Origin: Podospora anserina
Taxonomy: Eukaryota
Direction: 5' to 3'
DNA length: 64,000 bases
Assembly: GCA_017654855.1 (NCBI GenBank)
Contig: CM030333.1
Location: 434,001-498,000 of the forward strand
A program made the position numbers and the translations under genes. The notes beneath the pieces were generated by a model that was not told where the DNA came from, searched no databases, and saw nothing but the letters and a program-made list of their open reading frames with translations. This document shows, piece by piece, positions 50,101-61,900 of this stretch. The first letter of the stretch is position 1. Each line of letters starts with the position of its first letter.

Positions 50101-53100
50101 ACTCATGCGTGAATACCTGGTAGCGCAATACCCCAGTAGATTCACTTATTTCCAACCAACCAACATAACAAACCCTGCGAAGGTAACCTTCTTAGCTTGG
50201 GATTCTACACTTTACTCTATTTTCGAACCTCAGACCGTTCCTCAGCGACCAAAAAAGATACCACCTCGTCGTCATAATTTCCCCTCCTTCCCTATCAATC
50301 ATGATTCACTAACAGGCCACTAACTCCCACTAGTCGACGGGAACTCACATACCCTCCCCCGGAGGAACTTCCCCGGCAGCAGCAGTAGCCAGCAGCGGGT
50401 CGCTACCATTCTGCCCTATCCGATTATTGCTCACCGGTCAATCAAGTCAACTCCCTTGCGATCGACACTAGATCTGATCTGGTCAAGTGTTGTTCGGCCT
50501 TTCCACCCTTCCCGCCCAAGCTTTCCCGAAGATCGAGATTCGTGAGAAATCCCATGTTCCAAAGATCGGATTCCTGAGCGCGCGCGGCACGGGAGGGAGT
50601 TCTAGACCTACAGCCAAGTATGGTAGAGAAGTGAGACAAACCTCAATATGGCCCGGTCATAATGAATTCATAGATTGGGAAAGGTGGACAAGTGTGCAAG
50701 ACCACAGCCAAAAGCTGTTCTACCCTTCACACACGGACACACAAAAGGGGAAGTGCGGTTCGAGAAGCGAACCATGCAATATGGGAGGAAACAACAAAAA
50801 ATACCACCTTAACCCGCTCTTCCCGCGCGCTTTGGTAGCGTTTGCCCCCTCCGGGCCTTCGGATCCGAACCAGATGGAGAGCTTGGATGCTTGATGCGCT
50901 GGCCAAATCCACGGCTTGGTTATTTGCTCAAACTCGCCTGCTTACTCATCCATCCGGTCACTGAACAAGAGGTTGGGAAGCCTGACTCTGGGTTGACCCC
51001 TCATTACCACACTCGTGTGAATGAGCTGGGCTTCTCGGGGCTGTCTGCCCCTCACTTTGCCAAGTTCAGGTCGTCACCATTCCTCAAGCCTCCCAAGCCC
51101 CAAAGAACTGTCACGATGAAGATCATTTCCTCCTTGTCACCCCCGTCTCATGCAAGCCAGAGCACAGAGTGGTGGAGTGACTGAACCACATCGCAAACCA
51201 TCCGCCTCCCAAACAGGTCAAGTCAAGGTCGTATGATGGAAAAGACACGAGCATTCTATGCCTATCCGCCCAGTTCATCAGACAACATCGATAATTGGGA
51301 TAGAGAGAAGGTTGGAAAACATTCACCGACTGACTAAATGGCCGTGCTCCCCTTGGCTTTCTTTGCCTTAGTTCCCGGAGGCGGATAGATGCCGAAGCTA
51401 AACTCGCCAGTCAATAAAATCTCCTATAGGTCAGTTCAGACACGAGGCTGTGCGTCAACTGGAGAGGTGTATGCGGTCAAGTAATAATCCATATGACTTC
51501 CCTGGCTCTGAGACATGGCTTGCATTCGTATGGGGCAGACAGGCTGGGCATTGGCTCGAGTTTGAGTTCCACCATACCTATGTAGAAAGTAACATGGTCT
51601 CTCCATCATGGATCAAGACAAGATCCAAGGAGACTCGAGATACGATGGCTGCATTCGGTCCTTTCAACGTGCAAGGTAGGACAGCTACTGCAATTGCTGT
51701 ATGAGTCTCGGTTGTGGTTGGTTCTAAAAAAGAATTGCCTTACTGCAGCTGCAGTGGTCTGATATTCCGACATCATGGTTTGGGGCTGCTCCCAATGTTT
51801 CTGTATCATGATATCTTGAAAACCACTCCAAGCAAGTGACGAGACCCTTTCTTGCTCTTGACCGGCTGCACATACAAGCATACACTTCGGTCCCGAGAAG
51901 CCTTCCCTGGAAGAAAAGCGCCACCAGACCACTCCAAAAGGATTCGAAACGGCGGATACGTGGGTGGGGTCTTTGGCCCTGGTGAAAGCTGAACCTATCA
52001 ACAACATCCAGACCTGGATAGAACCTCTGTGCTTCACGCGGCTGTTTGCCCGAAGGCGTCAGTCTCCCAAAAAAGACAGGCGAGTGTGTGTGAAGCAGCA
52101 GCATCGGCTTTCCTACCGAACCGGGCGCAGTGCAGATGCGTCGAAAAGGGTCGAGATCGACATATTCCAACAAGAAGAGGGCTGCATGATAGCCGACCGA
52201 CGCGGCTGAGAGATACAGATCAGGGTTCTTGCCCTCGCATGCCGTCCAACAGTCTCAAAGAGAGGCGCGCCCACGATACTCGGGACCGGCCAAATGTGTA
52301 TGTGTGTGTGTGTGTTCTTGGTTGGCTGTTAGGTATGTAGTGTACTGCGTCTGTTCCAAATCTGTCCATAATCCGGGTCGTGATGACATATACGTACGAT
52401 GCGATACGCCTGTTGCTGGCGGCGATAGGTCTTGGTGAGTGTGCTACAGCATCTCTTGTCTATCTGTCAATCAGCTCTAGGTTTCCCTTCTCATTTGCCT
52501 CCACAAAACCCTGCATATCAGGCAAGGTCATTAACATACCGCGATGAGGTCTGTTTGCTGGCCTGGAACCCGGCAATCGAAGAGGAATGTCCCAAACAGG
52601 GCTGGGTTGCGAGAAGGGTGGAGTTGCTTCATACGTCTCAACGCGACACCTGATCCAAGGCCTTGAGTCACTTTGGTGATAATGTCGAGACGAATGGCCA
52701 GCGATGGTGGCTTTGTGCTACATAATTCGAAAAGAGGCAGTTAAGGAAGCGGCCGCCCGCCACCCGAGAAGCTAAGCCGCTTCGCACTGAAGAGTGTGAG
52801 TGATAGCGTGATGACATTTATCAAGTCATGTTAGCATACGGGGAGTGGGTCAATCCAACCCTGTCCGCATCGTTTGAGCGCAACCACGGCATATGGCGTC
52901 TTGAAAGATAGCTAACTGTTCATGATCAGTGGTAATGGGTGCGGGGTTGTGAGCGTGTAGTGAATTCGAGGAATCCAGCCACAAGTTGGACAGGCCGATG
53001 TGACAAGTGGTGAAAAACGTGGCTTCGAAGCCATGGTGGAATGTTGGAATGGCGGAAAGGCCACCCGGCGCAAGTAGCCGAGCCATGAGCAGATCTGAAC

Positions 53101-55670
53101 TCGCTGGGGCATCCGTTAGCGTAATTTAATTGATAGAAGAGCGCAGAGGCGGAACTCTAACGCGGGCCGTTAGCAATAGAATGCGTGTTCGGAACCACGG
53201 GGTTACACCAGGATGCGTAAAGGGCTACCTTGAGGTGGCCTTCTCGTGCCGCAGGAGTAGTGTGGTTGGGGTGGTTAAGGTGGTCCATGCACAACCCCAA
53301 GGTGATGTCGTTAACGAAAACGGTGATGGCCGGCTGGTGAACGGACCGCGTTGCGACCCGTCCGCGGGAGGTTGAGAATGCCTTGGTGAAGAGGGCGATG
53401 CTCGCTAGGGAGTTGATGAATTCCCGAGGCAGGGAACTTTCCCCCGCGTGTTGTTGTCTCCCGTGTGCACACTCTAATAATTAACTTCTGTGGCCAATTC
53501 CCATTGCCCGGGAAGACGGATGGGATGGGGATGGTTTCCTAGAATAGAACATCAGTCGTCTTTAATTGCTTGCTCCTGCGCAGGCCGAGTCTCGTGCGAG
53601 AGATGTAAGTCAGTTATTGCTTGTGGGGGCGGGCGGAAGAAGCGGATTGCTTAAAACATTCTTTTAAGCGGGGGACGGCAGGGAGAGATGAGGGACTGCT
53701 CTTTTGCCTAGAAAACAGACAGCTTTTGTTGCTTGAAGTCAAGGAAAATAGTGTGCGGGACAAGGCGGGTTGGACCCAGGCACAGTGGGGGTCTGGATCA
53801 AGTGGGTGAGGGGACCCTGGCCCACCTGGACCGTGCGCTGCCCTGAGCAATGCTATTGGCCAGAAGGCATGTACGAGTTCCTAATCGGGAAGGCAGAGCT
53901 AGCAGGGTATCCCAGCCTAGGTCTGAAGGGGCATCGGCCCTGCCCTGGCACCAACTTCCAGTGGTGAGTCCTGTTGCTGTTCAGTGCTGGATCGGGAAGC
54001 GTTGAACCATCGACAAAGCGTTGATCTCCATGGCAAGGTGCTAAGCTATCTTGGAATTTGCAGAGTGTTTTCTTGATATTCTCTCAGTAGTGCACATCAT
54101 TCTTGACAGTGGCGATCAACTATGTGAAGAGGGCGGGGAAGCCGTTTTATCTCCAGCGCTGTGGTGGTAACTCCGGAAGCTTAGGTAGGAGGGAACAAAT
54201 TGAATATGCAAATAAATCTCGACAAGCAGTAAGCTAGCCTCCCAAGAAAACGACTCTGATACACAGCTGCATCTTTTAACCGTTGCTGCCTCGGGTCATA
54301 TCACCATCAGTCCACAGTCTCGACGGCCACTGCAACCCGTTGGGGCCCTCGTTTATGTTGGTTTCATACGGCATGATGAGTGTTGTGAGCTCTGGGTTCG
54401 TGGGGTGGAATTCTCATGTCAAGGTCTTGGCAAGGGATTTATCACTGCACCCCGGTTGATATGGTCTTTATTATGCAGTCGATCATATATTCGTACCCAA
54501 CCTGGGCTACTTTATTTAGACCTCGCCGTTTCTTTCATCTGCCATTCTGGAATTACTAGCACCTTTGTGGCTTCTGGGATGTGAATGAGCCTAAACTCTT
54601 CAAAATCGTCTGTCATAATCTGTGGGCAGCGAAAAGAAAAGGGGGAAAATTATATCATTTAAATCTTGTGCCCAGCCAGTGTTAGGCAATACATCACTGG
54701 TAAGCTCGGGCTTTGCCACCCACTCCCCAGTGGATGCTCTTCCTTCTTGGCTGTGAAATGGTGACATCTGTAATGCCGCTTCGTTCCAGTCCCGGGCCCA
54801 TCTGCGGGCTCTGTGCTGAACTCACTCTGTATCGTATCCAAGAAACTTCCAGCTGAATCATCGTCCCGGAGAACCCCATCCAAAACGGCCAACCAAGCAA
54901 CTGGGACACACTGTGCAGTGAAATGGCTCGAGAGGTTGTACCACCAGGATTCTTGGCATTCTGTCTTTACTCTTTTTGATTCTCTTTCTAAATGTTGCAT
55001 AGCTAGGATACAGTACAGGAGGGCCGGCAAAACAAAACGCTAAAACACCAAATCAAGCCAACCCTCTAACTGTGTTGATACCAAAACAAATATCCAGGTC
55101 AAATGTTCCCAAGTCATGTGGCATTACAGCCAAGGAACAGTCGAAGACACCGCCACCCATCGTGTAGACTTGAAACCTGAAAGCATCCGTTAGGCATATT
55201 AGCCAAGACCTGTTCCAACTCTTTTGTTGGGCCTCAACGGTCAACCGTGAGGACAGGCCCATTTCTCCCAGAATAACGACAACCCCCAAACACCAGACGC
55301 ATTGAAAATCCCCCCACAAACGCCTTGATTTCGCCAAATGCACCCAACCAGGGCCATATACGACTGGGGACTGTGAGCGAGACAGTCACCTCATCCTCTC
55401 CTGATGTAGGCCGACTAAGGGACCTCCCACCAATCAACGACAGAAAAAGAAAATAGACAATAACGATTATCTCTCTGAGCTGGTCATCAACGGTCATCAA
55501 ATCCCCGACGCTGCGGTAGCGACCCGATCGGAAAAAGGAACGACAAGAGCGAGAAGAAATTGAGACCCAGGAAGAAAAAGTCCTTCGGAACTCCGTAATA
55601 CAGTTGGTGTTTGATGGGAGAGGGGAGCTGCAGATGCAATGGACCGTTGTCGTTGCATCGGGGCGGACGG

Positions 55671-56912
55671 CTATGTGTAGGCAATGTCGCCTTTCCTGTG
55701 GTGTATGACTTCGAGGGTGGACCCGAGGTTGTGCCCGAGGTATCCAATCATGGCCCGGCTGACTTCGGGGTCTTCAGATAGATCTGCACAGACCTCACGA
55801 AACTGAGCATACACCTCTTCCAGCTTTCGTAGCTCACGCGCCAGGATCTCCAGCTCGAGCCATCTTCCCTCTTCCCCCATAAGCGTGTATCCGCCCAGGC
55901 TAACTCCCAGCGCATTTGGTGACGTCGCCGCTGGGATACTGCCGTTCTCAAAATAGGTGTGGGATGCGTTCTTATAGAAGGAGGTGATCTTGCCAATGAC
56001 GGTCGCGAGCAGCATCGCTGCCGTATGTGTTCCTGACCTGCTCATGCATCGTGGGCAACTGAGCATCGAGGCACATCCCTCCACTGCTTTGCGGTTCAAG
56101 GACAGCACGAGGTCGAAGGGTGGCGCTCCAGGGCTGGAGGCATTGTGAAGTGCTTGTAACGACTGCAAACAAGCGGTAAAGCATGTGCAGGAGCCCCCAG
56201 AGCTTGCCGAGCTCGACGAGGACTTTGTCCTTGGTGTTGACCTCAGCTGGGGCGTCGCGGTAGGGCTGGGGAAATAGGTAGCTGACATGCTTCCAGGCGT
56301 CGGGATCTGTGTTTGGCCGTATGTGTACATGTCTGCGGCAGTTGGATCGGTCCAAGGCGGCATGGCTGCCGACATGGCAAAGTCGTACGAATGGGAGCGC
56401 CCGTGGTTGAGCTGGGCTGCCATGGCTGGGGAGTCAACAAACTGGGAAGACATGTCGTTGGGTGGGGTCCAAGGCATGCCTGTCGAGTAGATGTCGGTGG
56501 CCATTGTCGGATCCACGTGGGTGGTCGAACCTGTCTCCATACCCAGCATAGCCAACCCAGACATGGAATGCGTTCGGCTCATGCTTCCATCCACGCTGGT
56601 GGGAGGTGTGTGCCATCCAGTTTCCAGCTTGTATAGTGGGTGCGCTGTCTGGTGGACCGAGTACAGCATGCCCTTGTCGTCAGATACTGGCGAGGTCATT
56701 CCCGTCATATCAGTGGGCGTTGTCGACTGTATGTTGGAGCTGCCATCGGATTTTGGTTTCCCGGCCCTGCTAGATGGGGAGTACCGGCATTCGATCCCAC
56801 AAGCTAGACAGCGAGAACATATTGGCCTTGCCTTGGAGCACTTGACCTTGGCATGAAAGCAGCCATCACATGAGGCGCGTAGACGAGGTTGACGGGGCTT
56901 TGAGGAAGCCAT
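55671..56912 (-). CDS. AflR-like Zn2Cys6 transcription factor, single exon
   Basis: RLRASCDGCFHAKVKCSKARPICSRCLACGIECRYSPSSRAGKP binuclear cluster. The C-terminal CTCFTACLQSLQALH...FDLVLSLNRKAVEGCASMLSC resembles the AflR-type domain. Confidence 0.92.
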   Translation of the reverse strand: MASSKPRQPRLRASCDGCFHAKVKCSKARPICSRCLACGIECRYSPSSRAGKPKSDGSSNIQSTTPTDMTGMTSPVSDDKGMLYSVHQTAHPLYKLETGWHTPPTSVDGSMSRTHSMSGLAMLGMETGSTTHVDPTMATDIYSTGMPWTPPNDMSSQFVDSPAMAAQLNHGRSHSYDFAMSAAMPPWTDPTAADMYTYGQTQIPTPGSMSATYFPSPTATPQLRSTPRTKSSSSSASSGGSCTCFTACLQSLQALHNASSPGAPPFDLVLSLNRKAVEGCASMLSCPRCMSRSGTHTAAMLLATVIGKITSFYKNASHTYFENGSIPAATSPNALGVSLGGYTLMGEEGRWLELEILARELRKLEEVYAQFREVCADLSEDPEVSRAMIGYLGHNLGSTLEVIHHRKGDIAYT

Positions 56913-58912
56913 GTTGAAAAGGGTGATGTGTTGTAAGATTGCAGTGAGATGGAGTATAAACAGCTGAAAGTGTGTTGCGAAGTAGAGGCGAGGTGACAGT
57001 CGGAGGGGTCAGGGTGATAATAAGACGAGTTTGAAGAACAAGGGGTGTGTGAAGGGTGCGAGGGAGGTGGGGAGAGAGTATAATATAACGTTTGGCGGCT
57101 CGAGGAGGCTGCAGGAAGAACTACGTAAGGTGTTATGGGGGCAGTAACTCGGAATGATAAGGCGGGCGGAAGGGTTGATCAGGTCTTGAGAGCCCACGAG
57201 GAGGAGACGTAAGATGCCACAGCCATTACCCAAGCCCTTTTCGGACGGATCCAGCAGCGGGAGTGAGCGGTAAGCTGACTTTGGACGGAGCAAACGCGTT
57301 TGAGAGGGGGAGACAATTAAGTTTAGAGAAGCGAGGGCAGGAGGACCAAGTAGCTTTGACGCTTAAAAAGAAAATGCCCAGGGGCTCGAGGAGGCCCGGT
57401 TAAAAGAAAAGAAGCCGTCCACCGCGCTAATGCCCGGACGATATTTTAGAGACACGACCCACTTGAGCGACGAGTTGTGTGAGACCTGCTCGGTGGAATA
57501 TCTGTGGTAGGGCAGCATTCTTTTCTCCTGGTGATTGACAAGGAAGCGGGAAGGAGAAAGGGTCCCTGAAGTCATGGGACAGGGACAGGCAGGCCATACT
57601 CGTTGCTACATGACTGAACCGTTCTCATACAGGGCACGCGCCAGTGGCGCTGGTGAACGGCCAGGTTAGCATGGACAGAATCATATGAGGCCCTCGAGCT
57701 CTCTGGCTTTCGTCTCATTCGAAGCCATGGGGCCACCAAACACGGAATATGGACGACCTGCGCGATCTGATGGTTGTGCCGGTGTATAGATCCGACAACT
57801 GGACATCGTGAGCTGGATGCCGTCCTTGATGCAAAATGAGATGAAGAAAGACGGCACAACTCGCTCGGGACGGAACCTTGCAAGACAGGCCCCTCCTCTG
57901 TTCCCAGCTCCAAGCAACAACGGATACTAACAAACAGGAGAGGCGCAAGAGGCTTGCCGGGGTGAAGGAGCTTGTGTGGGAGAGATGTGAAGCTAGGTGT
58001 ATGACGCAGTGGCCACTCGAGTGCTGAGGAACTACCTACCTGGTCCCACACCCTCTTCTTCCCGCGGCTTGAGCCTCGCATATTCTATATGCAAGTGTGT
58101 GAATGCATAAGCGGGGTGTGAGTGGGGGCAATGTCAACACGGTGAGCTTGCTGGGTGTCGTACCTTGTATCTGCGTCCAGCCAAGGCCTGGAATCGAGGG
58201 AGGTAGCGAAAAAGACCAGACGGGACTGGGGCATAGTCGAGGTTGACCTTGTGGGCATGCTCCGAAGTTGCACTGGGCTTGCTGGAGTGCCACGGAAAAT
58301 ACGATGCAGGTAGCATGCATCCTGCAAATAGAGCGCGCACCTGCAAGGCAGGCAGACAGTTACAGGGTCTCGAGCTCATGGTAGCGCGAAAGGAAAAGTA
58401 AATCTCGTCTTCTTCTCCTCCTCCCCTGATTCCCAGGGACCAGCACGCAATCGGCAGCTGGGCTATTGGCAGTTGGTCGACGTTTGACTCTTAAGCCAAC
58501 AGGTTAACGGCGCTATTCTAGAAAACGGCTGTTAGTGTGGTTCCAGGAACGACAAAGGATGCTCGACAATGGGGTGGTAGTGGTGGTGGTGGTGCCACAG
58601 TTACTGCGTTAGTCCGGAGGCTACCTTGGTTGACTTCCCCAGCCTACCGACCGATACGGAAGACAAAGTCACTGTTCCGAACTGCGTTGTAGTTCGTGAC
58701 TGGCTCGTAACCAAGGAGAGATCAGCCAATCAAATCCAAAGGACTCGAGCGAGAGATTGTTGGTTTTCTTCTGCGCTCCATTGGACGAGAGACATCTGCG
58801 CACAGATGGTTCCCAGAGGCAGAAAATATCTGTCCTGTCTTTTCCATGGTCCCAGGTCGCCGTCCCTGGCCGGCTCGGTTCCAGTCCAGCTGGGGCTGGC
58901 TGGCTTGTTGGC

Positions 58913-58937
58913 GGTGAGGTGAGGTGAGGTGAGGTGA
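58913..58937. repeat. Pentanucleotide microsatellite (GGTGA)5
   Basis: Read directly from the sequence. Confidence 0.85.
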
Positions 58938-61900
58938 CGGAGCTGGAAGAAGGAGAGTTGCCACCGCTGCTTGGGCTGACGAGGACTCGTGCAGAAGGGC
59001 ATCATCGTGAAACATAACAATCCTCTGTTGCAGGCAAATGCCCTAGAGAGGTGGTCAAGGTGATGGAGTCGAACAGCTTGCCGGCTCGGAGAATTTGGTC
59101 TCCATTGCGATCCGCTAGTGTGAACTGTGGAGATTCGAGGTGATGCCAAGGGTTGCTTACCTAAGGTAAGCATATACATGACCTGAGAACAAGCAACGGA
59201 GCACAGACAATATCATCAACAACCCGCTTTCCGAGCAGAGGGAACCATCATCATCAAGACCAAGTCCGTGCCCTCTCCGTCTGCTGGGCTCCCATCTGCC
59301 GATCGTTCGTCGCCGCGGATGCTCCAAGACACAGAGCATCGGATCACGGATGCGGCGGATTTTCGACCTCCTTTCTCTGCCGCATCTCGCAACGGTGGTG
59401 AGAAGCTTGTCAAAGCCCGCAACCGCTCTCGCGAGGCCTGTCAGCAGACACATCAATCGGCCCTAATGCGCAGTCGACAACTTGACCGCTGACTGGCCGT
59501 TTTTGGAACATTCGACACAGGTTGTGCAAGCAGTTGCTGATCGCCATCTTCGACAACAAGCCCCCCTCCCCCGAGGGCAGGAAACCAGACCCACGCATAT
59601 GGAACTCCCATCTGGAACATGGACAAATCTCCTGATTGTGATGTTTGGCCTACCAAGGACGCTTTTAACGGCGATCCACCCTCCATTGTCCCAGCTTTCT
59701 GCCCTGGCGGTTGACGTGGCGCCCGTTTGAAGAAGGTAAACACCCAACAACCACTGAGGACCTCCCGTCGGAAATGCAGGCGGGCCGACGAGAGACAGGA
59801 CCTGCCTGCCGAAACTCCAGACGGAAGCCCGTGTGCTTCTTCAACACCTCAAGCGTCAATTTCCCTGTTATCCGATCAACACAAAACACCTTGGCACCAG
59901 TGGAATCGCGTCTTCGGCAGTCTATTGTGCCGCACATCATTGAACCCCAGAACAACAAGCCACCAGAGACGATTTGTTCCGGATTCCGAGATATCTCAAC
60001 ATGGTGGAATACGGATCGACGTCTCGGAGTGGTTATTCTCATCTTGTTCAGCTGAGCTCATCTCTGGACTGACTGTACGCCCTCCGTCTTATAGATCTGG
60101 ACATAGAGATTGCCGGGATCGGAGCAGCATCACCGCCTACTCTGGAGAAATGGCCCCTATGACGATCAGCCGGCTGAAACGTTGCGGTGAAAGAGCGGGA
60201 AGGCTGGAGATCAGGGTACGAGCATCCCAAATTCAGTGCCGACTCTGGAGATTCCCATCCAGATACCTCTGCCATCCGGCAGCCAGCCGACCGAGGCTTC
60301 CTGCGTACGCTGCCGATCACTACTACGTCTTCAGGGATTACTTACTTGGTTCCTCGAGGTCACGGCAGATGCATGCCTTAGGGCCCTGGCCGCCGCTGTC
60401 CAGCGTGGCTCAGGCGGATGGAGATCAACATCAGAATCGGCGATGCCTTCGAACAATCAGCGTGTCACAAGCTTTATTATGGCGTTTTCCCAGGTCTTTG
60501 CAATATTAAAAATACGGAAAGCACAGGCCAGTGTCATTCTTGATTAGGCATCTGGCGGTGACCTTTGTCATGGGTTGTCCTCAGTGACTCGGGTGACTGC
60601 ATAGGAGGCACCAATAGGCTCAAAACCAGCACTTGCGATTATCGAATACATGCATATAGAATCGCGGAAAATACCCTCGCTGGTACAGCTGATGTGTCAG
60701 TTGCGGGAACATTGTCGAGAGAAGCTTCTCCAGGCAAGCCACATCACGGAATGGCATCTCGACGCCGCCTGCTTGCTTCTTCCTGGGGAAACCAAGGCAT
60801 TAGAGGAGAAGCCTCTTGCCTTTGCAGTAGTGCCTGTCAGCTTGATCGTCAACGCTTCCCTCCCCTCCTTTCGGAATGCGAGAAATCCCAACGGCGCACA
60901 TGTCGGCAAGCACACTATTTCTTGGGCTGGCCCGTCACATGCTCTTATAACTATCACGAGATTTTGAGTGGTGGATTTGATGATGACGACAAAAAGACCA
61001 GCGACTTCTGCAGGGTGTTATTTTTAACAAGCATCCCTTGCCCATTGACTGCTCTCATGTGTTGGCTTTGCCTTTGCCGCGCTTGTCTCTTACCCATCTT
61101 GCAGATATTGCCCCTGCACAGCTCGCTAGCTCAGGGACCGGTCAAACTCTACAGTTCCCAGAAGAGCCAGACGCGCTGCACCCACCCGGACCTCTTCTTC
61201 TCAGGCACAACATCTCCATGAAAATATCGCCGTCCATATTTCTCTTCTGGTTCCCGAAGGCCCGGTGCCTCATGGAAGACGGCCATGTTGGGACGATCTT
61301 CGGATATCGGAAGGATCCCGTCAGCAAAGGGAGAGACGACGACCGGGGCCCGGGGAACCCACGTCTGCGATAACACCGAACCCGATGAGCGTACATGATG
61401 CTCTTTTGGGATTTACGATAGCTCTCTGGCAGGGGTGGTGGTACATGATGTCTAGTAACATGGGGGACCCCCAATTTCTTAGGATGTTTCCCGGAAACAT
61501 ATTCTATCACTGGGGTCCTGTTCCCCCACGAGGGCCCTTTCGTTCTGCATATGGTGGAACAAGCAATGTGCAGTCTTCAGGGAAGGGATGTGTTGGGTTT
61601 TTGGCCTTGCTCAGAAAAGGGTAAGTTGTACAGGTTGGATGCAAATACCCGATTACTCCTTTTTCTTTCTCTCCTTTTACTCCCTTTCCCATGTCTCTCC
61701 TGCCATTACCGGGTATTTCCTGGTAAGATAAAAGAAGCGTATGCAGAATCATGTTGACTGTGCATATATTCGCCAAACCCTTGAGCTTGCTTTTTGGGAA
61801 GAGGGGTGAAGCGCCCATAGTTACGCAAGGAGGTGATATACGAAGGAGTGGTGGATGTGCCATTTCGAGAATGGGTGGGGGAGGGAAGCGGAAGAAAAGG

